From Anaerolineae bacterium (lineage in GTDB: Bacteria > Chloroflexota > Anaerolineae > B4-G1 > SLSP01), in assembly GCA_016931185.1 (NCBI GenBank), contig JAFGFI010000028.1:32987-96986 (forward strand): 64,000 bases of DNA, read 5' to 3'. This document shows, piece after piece, positions 38,411-49,116 of this stretch. Position numbers and translations under genes: made by a program. The notes below the pieces were generated by a model. The model saw only the letters and a list, made by a program, of their open reading frames with translations. It had not been told where the DNA came from and did no database searches. Each line of letters starts with the position of its first letter. Within the stretch, counting starts at the first letter, position 1.

Positions 38411-39433
38411 ATGACGGAATCAGAGAACCCAATCCTGGTCGAAGTACAGGATCTCAAGACGTACTTTTTCCTCCACGAGGGTACAGTTAAGGCCCTTGAT
38501 GGGGTAAGTTTCAATATCTATAAGGGTCGCTCGCTAGGTGTGATTGGCGAGAGTGGTTGTGGCAAGTCGGTCACCGCGCAGTCTATGATGCGTATTGTGC
38601 CTGCGCCACCCGGCAGAGTGGTCAACGGCAAGATTGACATGTATCTCTGGGAGAGGGGAGGGGGGAGCGCGGAGGTTGTGGATGTGGTGCAGTTGCAGGC
38701 GAACGGTAAAAAGATGCGCTCGATCCGTGGTAAGCAAATTGGTATGATTTTCCAAGAACCGATGACTTCTTTGAGTCCGCTGCATACTATCGGTAACCAG
38801 ATTGCCGAGAATATCTTGATCCATGAGCAGGATATTACCAAGCAGCAGGCTCGCGAGCGCACCATCGACATGCTCGCTCGCGTGGGAATCCCGCAGCCAC
38901 AACGGCTTGTGGATGCCTACCCTCATCAACTCAGTGGCGGTATGCGCCAGCGCGCTATGATTGCTATGGCTTTGGTCTGCGGTCCGAATTTACTCATCGC
39001 CGATGAGCCAACAACCGCTCTCGACGTGACGATCGAGGCCCAGATTCTGGAATTGCTCAAGACGTTACAATCCGACCTGGGCATGGCGCTCATGTACATC
39101 AGCCATGATTTGGCGGTGGTGGGTGAGATGTCTGATGAGATCATGGTGATGTATCTGGGACAAGTGATGGAGCACGCCAGCACCGATGAGATCTTTGACA
39201 ATGCGCTACATCCATATACCGAGGCCCTATGGCGGTCGGTTCCTACCATCGAAGGGAAACTGGAACGGTTGGTGCCTATTAGTGGTACTTTGCCCAGCCC
39301 ATTCGAAACGCAGCCGGGCTGCCGCTTCTTCTCGCGCTGCGTCCGGAGGATCCCCGGTGTATGCAATGCTGCACCGCCGCCCCTGAAAGAAGTTGCGCCG
39401 GGGCATGAAGTGCGGTGTTTCCTATACCAATAA
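38411..39433 (+). CDS. ABC ATPase (OppD/DppD-like)
   Basis: GESGCGKSVT, YPHQLSGGMRQR, ADEPTTALD, HPYT, C-terminal Cys motif. Confidence 0.93.
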   Translation: MTESENPILVEVQDLKTYFFLHEGTVKALDGVSFNIYKGRSLGVIGESGCGKSVTAQSMMRIVPAPPGRVVNGKIDMYLWERGGGSAEVVDVVQLQANGKKMRSIRGKQIGMIFQEPMTSLSPLHTIGNQIAENILIHEQDITKQQARERTIDMLARVGIPQPQRLVDAYPHQLSGGMRQRAMIAMALVCGPNLLIADEPTTALDVTIEAQILELLKTLQSDLGMALMYISHDLAVVGEMSDEIMVMYLGQVMEHASTDEIFDNALHPYTEALWRSVPTIEGKLERLVPISGTLPSPFETQPGCRFFSRCVRRIPGVCNAAPPPLKEVAPGHEVRCFLYQ

Positions 39434-39548
39434 ATGCAGGGACTGAGATTTGCACCTGCGTCTGTAAGTTATAGACTTCGGTACCCATGCAGGTGCGAGA
39501 GTATCGTCTATGTAAATTACTATTTCTCTTATGAAGAGGCAATAAGGC

Positions 39549-40562
39549 ATGACCAATCAAGTACAATTACCTTTGTTGGAAGTCCGGGGTCTAAAGAAAT
39601 GGTTCCCGATGTCCAAGGGTTTTTTCCAGCAACGCACCGTTTTTGTAAAGGCTGTGGACGGTGTGGATATCGATGTGCAGGCCGGTGAGACGTTGGGAAT
39701 TGTGGGTGAAAGCGGCTCTGGCAAGACGACCCTGGGCCGTTGTATCAGCCGTTTATATGAGCCAACAGGGGGACAGATCACTATGCGTACAGATGGCGAA
39801 ACCCTTGACGTTTCGGCGTTGAAGGGGAGAGAACTGTCGGCTTTTCGCAAGCGCGCGCAGATGATCTTTCAGGATCCCTATTCTTCGCTCAACCCGCGTA
39901 TGACCGTCCTAGAAACGGTGGGAGAACCGCTGTTGGTGAACAACCTTGCCAAGGGCAAGGATCTAGAGGAGCGTGTTACACAAATGATCGTGCAGGTAGG
40001 ATTGCGGATGGAACATCTGCGACGCTATCCGCACAGCTTTAGCGGCGGCCAACGGCAGCGCATCGGCATTGCCCGAGCGATGGTGGTAAATCCTTGTCTC
40101 GTCGTAGCCGATGAACCTGTATCTGCGCTAGACGTCTCAATCCAGGCGCAGATTTTGAATTTGCTAAAGGATTTACAAGAGGAGTATGCTCTCACATATC
40201 TCTTTATCTCGCACGCTATGAATGTGGTTCGCTATGTAAGTGATCGCATAGCAGTGATGTATGCCGGCAAGCTGGTGGAACTGGGATCGAAACAGGAGTT
40301 ATTGAGCCATCCCAGGCATCCGTACACAGAGGCTTTGCTGGCATCGGTCCCCAAACCCTCACAGCGCAAGCGTGGTATGCGGTTGGTTTCCGCTGGGGAG
40401 CCGCCCGATCTGATCAACTTGCCAAAGGGATGCGTCTTTGCGTCGCGCTGCAAGTATGCGACCGATCAATGTAAGGAACAGCCACCCGAATTACGGCAGG
40501 TCGGTACGACAGAATATGTAAGCTGTCATTTGACCGAATCACTGACGTTACAGGGGATATGA
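39549..40562 (+). CDS. ABC ATPase (OppF/DppF-like)
   Basis: [36 protein letters not shown]. Confidence 0.93.
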   Translation: MTNQVQLPLLEVRGLKKWFPMSKGFFQQRTVFVKAVDGVDIDVQAGETLGIVGESGSGKTTLGRCISRLYEPTGGQITMRTDGETLDVSALKGRELSAFRKRAQMIFQDPYSSLNPRMTVLETVGEPLLVNNLAKGKDLEERVTQMIVQVGLRMEHLRRYPHSFSGGQRQRIGIARAMVVNPCLVVADEPVSALDVSIQAQILNLLKDLQEEYALTYLFISHAMNVVRYVSDRIAVMYAGKLVELGSKQELLSHPRHPYTEALLASVPKPSQRKRGMRLVSAGEPPDLINLPKGCVFASRCKYATDQCKEQPPELRQVGTTEYVSCHLTESLTLQGI

Positions 40563-40714
40563 GGAGCGGTAGCCGGGTACGTTTTTATCTGGATCGTCGA
40601 GTTCACTGCGTGCGTAGCGTAAACTATGCGGCACGGTATACTACTTAGATTGTAGTACGTTATGATCTGGCGAATGATATTCAAAGCAGCCCGGATGTGC
40701 GGTCACGTAAAACT

Positions 40715-41194
40715 ATGAATCAAACAGCAAAAATTTCAGAATATATCGTAGCTTGGAGTTTATGGGCGTTCTCGATTACGCTTGGAGTGATCATTGGATT
40801 CTGGGCAGTACGCGATGCGATTAATGTTATCGCTGAAGCTATGACTATGGGAGCTTTGCAAGGCACTCCTTCACAGCAATTTCAGGTCCCTTTTACCCGC
40901 AATGCTATTGACCGATTCGATATTCTCATTTTGGGGGTGTTGTCGGTTCTATTAGTGGTCACTGTTGAACACTATTACCGTACCGGGGTTGAGCAGGGCC
41001 AACTTATGAGAAGATTTGTGCTGGTCACGGCGCTTGAGTTCGGTGTTCTGTTTTTGTCCCTGGCGACCCAGGCAATCTATCTTGGGGTACTGGGCTTATT
41101 TACGATCTGGAGCGTGTTGCTTCCGTGCGGAGTGTTGGCAATAACCGTGATATTGAGTTTGATACTGACGCGGATGCCAAAAAATACTGTCTAG
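40715..41194 (+). CDS. Hypothetical membrane protein (about 4 TM)
   Basis: Four hydrophobic segments, EHYYR motif; co-oriented with neighbours. Confidence 0.65.
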   Translation: MNQTAKISEYIVAWSLWAFSITLGVIIGFWAVRDAINVIAEAMTMGALQGTPSQQFQVPFTRNAIDRFDILILGVLSVLLVVTVEHYYRTGVEQGQLMRRFVLVTALEFGVLFLSLATQAIYLGVLGLFTIWSVLLPCGVLAITVILSLILTRMPKNTV

Positions 41195-41294
41195 ATTTGC
41201 GCCTGGCTCTCAGTCTGGGAGTTTCGCATTTTCTATATTTTTTCCCCTCTCCCGCATATCGGGAGAGGGGAAAGTCTTTGTTTAAGGGGTTATT

Positions 41295-42920
41295 ATGAAT
41301 AGGGTAAGCCGCATCTTCCTGCACAAGATGCTTTTTTACCTTCCGTTTATATTGGGTTTGCTATTATCATTTACTCAGATTAAATCGGCTGCAAACCTAT
41401 ATGACGAGGGGTTGGTACTCACGAACGCCGAGCGTATTCGTGCTGGTGAGATACCGTATCGTGACTTTTGGACGATGTATGGGCCGGGATACTTTTACGC
41501 ATTAGCCGGGCTTTTTTCGTTGGTAAGCCCCACTATTTTCGTTGCGCGTCTATTTGACACAATACTCAGGTTCCTGTTAACCCTGGAAGTTTACCTGTTA
41601 GCGCGCACGATGACATCGCGCTGGGTTGCCTTGATCCCTTATGCATTTGTCACATTCTGGCTCGCCACCATCCGCTTCTACTCCTATCCGGCTTTCCCCG
41701 CGACTGGCGCGCTCCTGTTGGCCGCTCTATCTCTCACGGGCTATCTGCGGGATGGGCGTTCCCGGTGGCTGTTCCTGTCAGGAATGGCACTGGGTTTAAC
41801 CGCACTCCTCCGGCTGGATTTTGGAGGTTACGGGGCTTTCGGCTTCAGTCTGGCATTGGCCTTGTTTGAATTGCGGAAGTCTGCCGCGGCCGGCGATGCC
41901 GGGCCTTCCCGGCTGTTACGGCTGCTGAAGGTAGAAATGCTTATGGCTGCGGGAGCGCTGCTTGTTGCGCTCCCGTTGTATGTTTACCTGCTGCTGGCCT
42001 CGGGGTTCGCGACGGTTTACTATGACCTCATTGTATTTCCAGCAACTGTGTTCCGGGCTGTCCGGCATTTGCCGGTGCTGCCGCTCCTCCCCGATTTCGG
42101 GCGACTCACCGGCGGGCAATGGAATGACTGGTTGCGACTGTACTTTCCGCTAACCATCTACGCGATTGCCATCCTGGTGTCACTGCACTGGCTGGTTTTG
42201 CGGCGCGTGTCTCCATCTGACCCTCGCTTTGTCGTGGGGGGTCTTTTCCTGGCTTTGACCGGAACAGGACTCGGGTTAGTTGTAAAAGCACTCTCTCGTT
42301 ATCACGACCTCCACGTGTTGCCTACGACGATCTGTGCTGTGATCCTGGCCACAGCTTTGGGTTACCGGATCCCAGGGAAATTCTGGCAAAATGCTCCGTT
42401 CAAGATAGGCTTTGCTGGTTTGGCATTTCTATTCTTGACGGGTCCCTACGTAGCACATTTCAGCATGCTTGCAACGCGCGGTTCTACTGCACCGGCGGTG
42501 TGTTATAGCCAACAGGCCAGGGCCGGCTGTGTCTTGATCAGCCAGGATCAGGAGAGGGTAACCCATTACTTGCGGGCTAACACACGTCCGGATGAGTATG
42601 TCTTCATCGGCAATTCGCGGCACGACTTAATCTTCATCAACGATTTGCTGCTCTATTTCCTGATTGATCGTCGCAGTCCCACAAAATACACCGAGCTGCA
42701 TCCAGGTTTGGCGACAACTCTGCCAGTGCAACAGGTTATCGCGAATGACCTGGCAGAGAAGGATGTGCAGTGGGTCGTGATAATGCAGGGTTGGGAATCG
42801 GGTGAGCCGAACGCCAGCTCCATGAGTAGTGGCGTAACATTTCTTGACGACTATATCCGGGAATACTACCGGCCGGAGATAACGTTCGGAAGCTACCAAG
42901 TATGGCGTAAACGCCCTTGA
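41295..42920 (+). CDS. GT-C fold (ArnT/PMT-like) membrane glycosyltransferase
   Basis: YDEG in the first loop, GEIPYRDFWTMYGPG, 11+ TM segments, C-terminal YLRANTRPDEYVF domain. Confidence 0.75.
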   Translation: MNRVSRIFLHKMLFYLPFILGLLLSFTQIKSAANLYDEGLVLTNAERIRAGEIPYRDFWTMYGPGYFYALAGLFSLVSPTIFVARLFDTILRFLLTLEVYLLARTMTSRWVALIPYAFVTFWLATIRFYSYPAFPATGALLLAALSLTGYLRDGRSRWLFLSGMALGLTALLRLDFGGYGAFGFSLALALFELRKSAAAGDAGPSRLLRLLKVEMLMAAGALLVALPLYVYLLLASGFATVYYDLIVFPATVFRAVRHLPVLPLLPDFGRLTGGQWNDWLRLYFPLTIYAIAILVSLHWLVLRRVSPSDPRFVVGGLFLALTGTGLGLVVKALSRYHDLHVLPTTICAVILATALGYRIPGKFWQNAPFKIGFAGLAFLFLTGPYVAHFSMLATRGSTAPAVCYSQQARAGCVLISQDQERVTHYLRANTRPDEYVFIGNSRHDLIFINDLLLYFLIDRRSPTKYTELHPGLATTLPVQQVIANDLAEKDVQWVVIMQGWESGEPNASSMSSGVTFLDDYIREYYRPEITFGSYQVWRKRP

Positions 42921-42956
42921 GAGTTGTACATACATGCTTCATCGCTCTAGGATTTA

Positions 42957-44501
42957 TTGCGACTCTTTACCTTTAAGGTATACTTGAGACTTGTGGAGGA
43001 TATAGCGTTGACCTGGGTGGATGTTTTGCCGGAAAGTCTCCCCGGCCCTATGCGTATGCGGGTGCGGGGCCGGAGTATGTGGCCTGTCTTACATTCAGGT
43101 GACAAGGTGTTGGTGATACCTGTGACTGTGTCTGGTTTGTTGCCCGGCGATTGGGTGATGCTGCGAAGTGCACAGGGAACTGTGCTTCACCGGTACTTAG
43201 GGAAGCAGCGCGGATATGTATTGACCAAGGGGGATAGCCATATTGCGTTTGATCCACCATGGTCGCCGGAGGCTGTGTTAGGTCGTGTGGAGGAAGCTGA
43301 GCGTGCGGGACGTTGTTTTTACCGGCGCACTGCGCCCCGTTTGTGTTGGGAACGCATATTAGCTCTGGCCCATTATATTGTAGGATATGGGGGGATAATG
43401 TTGCATCGTTCAAAAATAGTACGATCTTTGAAAGCCTGGTTAGGGATATTGCTATTTACGTTGCTCGTAGTACCTTCGTTGCTGGCTGCGCCTTCCGCGC
43501 CCACGGCGGTGACGTTGACCGATTTCTATGTGGAGGAGACAGAGACTAAGCTTATTATCCATTGGGAAACGGCCAGTGAGGTTGGCAACCTGGGATTTTC
43601 TCTGTTTCGTAGTGAAGAACCAACCGTCACCTATCAGAAGTTGACGTATTTACCCAGTACTGACAAGGGTGCAGGGGCTTTGTACCAGTATGAGGATACT
43701 GACATAACACCTGGCATAACATACTATTACAAGTTGCAGGATACGCCTGCGGATAACAGTTCTAAAACTACTTTTGGGCCAATTTCTGCCGGGATTGATG
43801 CGGAACCTACGCCGGCAAATACAGTGCCTGCCACGACGACAACATCCCCTACACCTTTACCTACAGCGCAAACATCATCCCCTTCCCCTGAGCCTTACGT
43901 GAATTTTTGGTCCGATGTGACTGAGTTGGAGGCTGGCAAGTGTGCGACATTGCAATGGCAGACGGATAGCGTGCGAGCTGTGTACCTTAATGGCGAGGGT
44001 GTAGTAGGTACAGGAGCAAAAGCATTCTGTCCCTGTGAGACACAGACGTATATTTTACGTGTTTTGTATCAGGATGAGAGTTATGAGGATTTCGCGGTGA
44101 CGGTGAGTGTAACCGGAATATGTCAAGACCCCGTTGTTACGTCTACATCACTACCCGTGCCGAGTTTGACTCCAAGTTCCACCATTGTGCCTGTTTTAAC
44201 TCCAACTGTCACGCCGGCACGTGTCACAACATTGCCGGCGGCAGTAACTCCATCACCTGTACCGACAAAGATACTTGCCACGCGCGCGCTGGCTATACCT
44301 TCACCTACGAATCTTCCCCCTCAATTTTTATCTGAAGTTGAGTCTGTATCGCCGGAAGTTGTATTGCCTACGCTGCCTGCTGTGCAAGGAGAACGGGTCA
44401 AAGCTGGAACTTTTCCTGTACTGCCTTTGGTGCTTTTGGTGGGTTTGGTGGGCATAATATTTGTAGGTGTAGGCATTTGGATATGGAACCGGCAACGTTA
44501 A
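42957..44501 (+). CDS. S24/S26-type peptidase domain fused to a secreted PTAVTL-Ig-domain, Thr/Pro-rich, C-terminally anchored protein
   Basis: GRSMWPVL..GD..VLHR..TKGD; internal signal peptide from M at 43398; PTAVTLTDF..WETASEVGNLGF; C-terminal TM plus RQR. Start uncertain. Confidence 0.7.
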   Translation: MRLFTFKVYLRLVEDIALTWVDVLPESLPGPMRMRVRGRSMWPVLHSGDKVLVIPVTVSGLLPGDWVMLRSAQGTVLHRYLGKQRGYVLTKGDSHIAFDPPWSPEAVLGRVEEAERAGRCFYRRTAPRLCWERILALAHYIVGYGGIMLHRSKIVRSLKAWLGILLFTLLVVPSLLAAPSAPTAVTLTDFYVEETETKLIIHWETASEVGNLGFSLFRSEEPTVTYQKLTYLPSTDKGAGALYQYEDTDITPGITYYYKLQDTPADNSSKTTFGPISAGIDAEPTPANTVPATTTTSPTPLPTAQTSSPSPEPYVNFWSDVTELEAGKCATLQWQTDSVRAVYLNGEGVVGTGAKAFCPCETQTYILRVLYQDESYEDFAVTVSVTGICQDPVVTSTSLPVPSLTPSSTIVPVLTPTVTPARVTTLPAAVTPSPVPTKILATRALAIPSPTNLPPQFLSEVESVSPEVVLPTLPAVQGERVKAGTFPVLPLVLLVGLVGIIFVGVGIWIWNRQR

Positions 44502-44543
44502 GCCAAAACCTCGGTCTTCAAGAAAAATCGGGGTTTTAGATAT

Positions 44544-46703
44544 ATGAACTCTAAAGCGAAATGTTTTTTGTATGGTGGGTTTATTGCGTTGGGATTATCG
44601 TTGGCTATTATTTTCTTAACATACCATCTTTCCCCTAATATTTTCTTTGCAATCCCTTGTACTCGGCCCTCAACTTATCATACAGATACAGGATGGGTAC
44701 TCACCCTATATGCTGCTGGGCCGTATTGGTTGGGATCTGAGTGGTGGCATGCGCAAGGTATCGATCCAGAGACATTGTCTGCCGATAAGATACAGTTGAT
44801 GCAGGCGGGCGAGGTTGTGCCTTTTCTGTGGTTGGCTGAGGAATCGGGGCTACTGTTTCTCGGAAAGGTTGCGGAAACCCGATACGGGCCGCGAGGTAGC
44901 TATACATTGACACTTGATATACCCGCTTCTATGAATGGGATGCCATTTGATAATAGGGTATCAGGGCAAATAGTGCCTTCTGCTACGTTTTCAGATCTTT
45001 CCATATCGGATATACAACAAACAACGTTGGTAACTTCCTGGTTGGAAAGGGATGAAGTGTATCGCTCTACCGCTCCTATGGATAGACCCTGGTTTTGGAC
45101 TACTATTCACGCGCCCGGGGAATTTGTGCTAACTGTGCCGTTGACGGCTGCCGTGAGTAGTCCTGTGTCACTAACACTACGAATGTGGGGGCAAAGTAGT
45201 ATGCCTCAAAACCCAGATCATCATATTCGTGTGTGGTGGGATGATAGGCTCATTGATGAACATTGGTGGGATGGGTCGGAGGTGGAAATGTGGACAGTGA
45301 GGGTAACTGAGGCCCAATCTGACGTACATACATTAAGATTAGAGTCTCCCGGTAGTACAGAAATCCCGGTAGAGGTGACTTGGTTGGATGCTGTCGGTGT
45401 GACGTGGCAGCGTACCTTGCCGCTTCCAGAAACTGGGTGGGCGACGTGGCAGGCTGATGGCTCCGCGCGGGCGTGTTGGTCTGTTTCTGAAACAGACCAA
45501 CATGAGAAAAATGAAACGGAGAAGGTACGTGTTTTGTGGGAGATAGATGACAATATTTATGATGGAGGTAGTTATACGCTCAATGCCGGGCAAACGTGTA
45601 TACCACAGATCGGCATTGCGGCGAATCAGACTGGCACGCCACAGGGCTGGATCGGGGTGCCACGACAGGCCCCCCCACCTGATGAAAGTCGCCCCCGTGA
45701 GCTGGTAGACATAGTGCAATTGGAAACTGCGCAATATTTGATCATTGCCCCCCGCGTGTTTCACGAGGCATTATCTCCACTGCTGGCAATGCACGAGTCA
45801 GAAGGATTAACTACGGCTTTAGTGACGCCGGAACAAGTATATGATACATTTGGTATACGTGGTGAGCGCGCTATTCGAGAATGGCGCGCTATTCAGAATA
45901 TCGTCAATACATTGCACACGCGGGGCCGGCTGCGCTATTTGTTGTTAGTAGGGGATGCCTCTGCAAATCAATTCAACTCTCAATTCTCCGGCATCCCCAC
46001 CGCTTGGGTGCGGACGAGTTATGTGGGGGACACCCCTTCAGATTACGCGCTGGTGCTGGATGAGGAGGGCGAACCTTTAATAGCAGTGGGGCGTTTCCCG
46101 GCAAATTCCATTGCCGAAGTGCGGGCGATGGTGGACAAAACATTAGCCTGGAAGCCGGCGACTCGGCTGGCCTATCTCGTCGATGATGAGCCGGAATTTG
46201 CCGGTCTGGTTGACCTATTGTCTGAGATCATCCCCGGTGAGTTACAATTGGCTGCGGCCAAAGGTGACACGCGTGATGGTGTGTTGCGCTGGCTCCAAGC
46301 TGGGCCGGGGACATTAGTCTATAGTGGGCATGGAAGTTTGTTGTTATTGGGGGATGAGAAGATATTGACCGCACAGGATGCCGGGAATTGGAATGGCCCC
46401 ACTGTTGTAGTGGCCTGGACGTGCTTGTGTGCGATGTTTACTCACCCTCAGTATATCGGGATCGCCGAAGCGTGGCTGCGTAACCCCCGTGGCACAGTGG
46501 CCTTTGTCGGGCCTACCGCCGAGACGACGACGACAGAACAACGTGCGATGGCATTGGCATTTCAACATACTCTGCTGGAGGGAGCGACATTGGGGGATGC
46601 GTTACTATCTGGTTGGCGTGCCGCTCAGTCGCAAGACGTGAAGGGCAGTTTTTTATTGCTCGGTGATCCGGCATTACGGCCGTTTCCTAGGGATGATTTG
46701 TAG
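44544..46703 (+). CDS. Peptidase C25 (gingipain / PorU-like) cysteine peptidase, N-terminally anchored
   Basis: YLIIAP, YLLLVGDAS, SDY, VGRFPA, catalytic His in YSGHGS and Cys in WTCL, GTVAFVGPT, LLGDPAL. Confidence 0.85.
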   Translation: MNSKAKCFLYGGFIALGLSLAIIFLTYHLSPNIFFAIPCTRPSTYHTDTGWVLTLYAAGPYWLGSEWWHAQGIDPETLSADKIQLMQAGEVVPFLWLAEESGLLFLGKVAETRYGPRGSYTLTLDIPASMNGMPFDNRVSGQIVPSATFSDLSISDIQQTTLVTSWLERDEVYRSTAPMDRPWFWTTIHAPGEFVLTVPLTAAVSSPVSLTLRMWGQSSMPQNPDHHIRVWWDDRLIDEHWWDGSEVEMWTVRVTEAQSDVHTLRLESPGSTEIPVEVTWLDAVGVTWQRTLPLPETGWATWQADGSARACWSVSETDQHEKNETEKVRVLWEIDDNIYDGGSYTLNAGQTCIPQIGIAANQTGTPQGWIGVPRQAPPPDESRPRELVDIVQLETAQYLIIAPRVFHEALSPLLAMHESEGLTTALVTPEQVYDTFGIRGERAIREWRAIQNIVNTLHTRGRLRYLLLVGDASANQFNSQFSGIPTAWVRTSYVGDTPSDYALVLDEEGEPLIAVGRFPANSIAEVRAMVDKTLAWKPATRLAYLVDDEPEFAGLVDLLSEIIPGELQLAAAKGDTRDGVLRWLQAGPGTLVYSGHGSLLLLGDEKILTAQDAGNWNGPTVVVAWTCLCAMFTHPQYIGIAEAWLRNPRGTVAFVGPTAETTTTEQRAMALAFQHTLLEGATLGDALLSGWRAAQSQDVKGSFLLLGDPALRPFPRDDL

Positions 46704-46732
46704 TCCCCTCGGTTAAAAAATTTCTGAATAGT

Positions 46733-47935
46733 ATGTTAAGGAATAAACCTATGGTACATTCTAAGCCCCCCAGTTATCGCCCTTCTCAACTCTTGCCCTG
46801 GCTTGGGGGTGGAGTGTTGATTTTAGGCTTAATTTTAATCGCGTTGAGCTGGCCACATTGGGGTGTCACATCATCGCTGCAACATACCGTTCTGTCCTGC
46901 ACTCCAACCACATTTTTAAATGAAGAATCGATTGTACCAACTGCCGCACCGGAGGGAATATCTGTAGGGAATATGATTACAGGTATGGTTCCTGCAGTGT
47001 CAGGGGAAAAAACGTTTGTGTTCCCAGAACGTGAGCGTTTCCGTTTAGGAGTCTCCATTCCGCCAGATGTGGCTTTAGGAACCCCCTACTTGTCCAAGTT
47101 AGGTGTACGCTGGGTGATGGATTGGCGCAGTCGCGAACCTCCTATTTTGCCGCCGGATGTTGAATATGTCCAGGTAGTCAGGATGATGGGTGGAGTATTG
47201 TCACCATCGGCCATAACGTTGACCTTGGTCGCGGGCAAAAATCCTGGTTCCACCTGGTTGATGGGTAATGAGGGTGATGTGCGCTGGCAGGATAATGTGA
47301 CACCGGAGGTATACGCGCGGTTATATCACGAGGCGTATACTGCGATTAAGGCCGGGGATCCCACTGCTATTGTGGTGGCGGGCGGTATCGCACAGCCAAC
47401 CCCCTTGCGTTTGCGTTATCTTGATCTGATATTAGCCTCATACCAGGCGCAGTTTGGCAAGGTGCTGCCGGCGCAAGCATGGCATATCCACAACTATATG
47501 TTGCGCGAGGAACGAGATTCATGGGGGGTAGACATTCCACCGGGCATTCCAGATGAAACCGGGATTCTGTACCAGGTGGATGATTCGGGCAATCTGGAGG
47601 CTTTCCGGGCGCAGATCGTAAATTTTCGCCGCTGGATGATGGAACGAGGATATGGGAATCTGCCATTGATTGTGTCTGAGTTTGGAATTCCTATGCCGCC
47701 CCAATATGGCTTCCCTTTAGAACGTGTGACCGGATTCTTACAAGAGACATGGCGTTACTTTTTAACAGCAACCGATCCGGACTTGGGAGATCCCTCTGAC
47801 GGCGGGCGATTGGTACAGAAGTGGTGTTGGTTTAGTATGGCCGCGCAGGATTATCCGACCGGTGACCTGGTAAATTGGACAACACAAACGTGGACCCCAT
47901 TGGGGCAAGTATGGATTTCTTATCTTGAAGAATGA
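46733..47935 (+). CDS. Membrane-anchored clan GH-A-like glycoside hydrolase
   Basis: N-terminal TM; acid/base GNE, AIKAGDPTA, HIHNY, nucleophile VSEFG, WCWFS. Confidence 0.65.
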   Translation: MLRNKPMVHSKPPSYRPSQLLPWLGGGVLILGLILIALSWPHWGVTSSLQHTVLSCTPTTFLNEESIVPTAAPEGISVGNMITGMVPAVSGEKTFVFPERERFRLGVSIPPDVALGTPYLSKLGVRWVMDWRSREPPILPPDVEYVQVVRMMGGVLSPSAITLTLVAGKNPGSTWLMGNEGDVRWQDNVTPEVYARLYHEAYTAIKAGDPTAIVVAGGIAQPTPLRLRYLDLILASYQAQFGKVLPAQAWHIHNYMLREERDSWGVDIPPGIPDETGILYQVDDSGNLEAFRAQIVNFRRWMMERGYGNLPLIVSEFGIPMPPQYGFPLERVTGFLQETWRYFLTATDPDLGDPSDGGRLVQKWCWFSMAAQDYPTGDLVNWTTQTWTPLGQVWISYLEE

Positions 47936-49062
47936 ATGAAAATCAGCAAATGAGCAAATCAGCAAATGAAGAATTGGTGCATCAGCACATCAGCGAATTC
48001 CGCTCCCCTCCCCCCCCATCTCTCCGTTCCTCTGCTTCCTCGCTGCTTCGCTGGTGTCTTGGGTTGGCGGTGGGAGTGTTGTGTGTTTGGCTTTCGTTGC
48101 GTGGGTTGGATTTCGCGCAGGTATGGGCCAGTATTCATCAGGTTCACATAGGATGGTTGTTGGCAAGTCTGGGGTCGGTTGTGATGGTGGCTTTGTTGAA
48201 AGCAATACGTTGGTGGTTTCTTTTCCCTGATCATTATCGTCCAGCTTCTTGGCGGCGTGCCTTTTCTGTGTTATTGACCGGCCAGATGGTGAACGTATTG
48301 ATTCCTGTTAGGTTAGGCGAAGTTGTCCGTATTGGGCTAATGGTGCAAGAAAGTGTCCCGCCAGGGGTGACGTTAAGCACGATTGTGGTAGAAAAATCCC
48401 TGGAATTGTTGGCTTTAGGGTTGTTATTGTCACTCACATTGCCATCTGCTGTATTGCCTGATTGGTTTCCTATCTCCGGCGGGTTAGGTATGGGACTAAG
48501 CGGGTTGGCTTTGCTAGTAGGACTAATAGGGGTTTGGGTATTGCGCCGTTGGTTGCAGCAGATCGCGGCTCGGATTTTGGGGTTCCGAGATTGGCTACCC
48601 CAAGTATGGCGTGATCGTCTGTTGCGCCTGATCGATCATGTATTAGGGGGATTGGAGGCGTTGACTCATTACAAGAGCGCGTTGCCGGTCTTAGGTCTAA
48701 CGGCGTTAGTTTGGTTCTTCTCAATTCTAACGATGCTGTTAATGTTTATATCGTTCCGGCTGGTATTGCCCTGGTATGCCGGTATAGTATTATCACTTGC
48801 TCTTACCCTGAGCAATCTGGTTCCGCAGCCACCGGCGATGGTGGGCGTGGTGGGAGCTGTGACTGTGATCACACTGTATGGCTTTGGTGTAGAGCAAACA
48901 GTATCGGTAGCTCTAGGATTATTGTTGAACGTAGCGATGGTCAGTCCAATTGTATTGCTTGGTGGTTGGATGACGTGGCTGCGGTTTGCGAGTTTGGGGC
49001 ATTTGCCCTGGCGGGAGCGTTGGGTTTCTAGCTTCGGGTTGAAAAAACGAGAGAGAAATTAA
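47932..49062 (+). CDS. Lysylphosphatidylglycerol-synthase TM (UPF0104) flippase-like protein
   Basis: KAIRWWFL, GQMVNVLIPVRLGEVVR, STIVVEK, VPQPPAMVG. Confidence 0.8.
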   Translation: MNENQQMSKSANEELVHQHISEFRSPPPPSLRSSASSLLRWCLGLAVGVLCVWLSLRGLDFAQVWASIHQVHIGWLLASLGSVVMVALLKAIRWWFLFPDHYRPASWRRAFSVLLTGQMVNVLIPVRLGEVVRIGLMVQESVPPGVTLSTIVVEKSLELLALGLLLSLTLPSAVLPDWFPISGGLGMGLSGLALLVGLIGVWVLRRWLQQIAARILGFRDWLPQVWRDRLLRLIDHVLGGLEALTHYKSALPVLGLTALVWFFSILTMLLMFISFRLVLPWYAGIVLSLALTLSNLVPQPPAMVGVVGAVTVITLYGFGVEQTVSVALGLLLNVAMVSPIVLLGGWMTWLRFASLGHLPWRERWVSSFGLKKRERN

Positions 49063-49116
49063 TTGCATACATAAACTTCAAATGTCAGACTCTCAATCCA
49101 TAGCTTGAGGTGAAAA

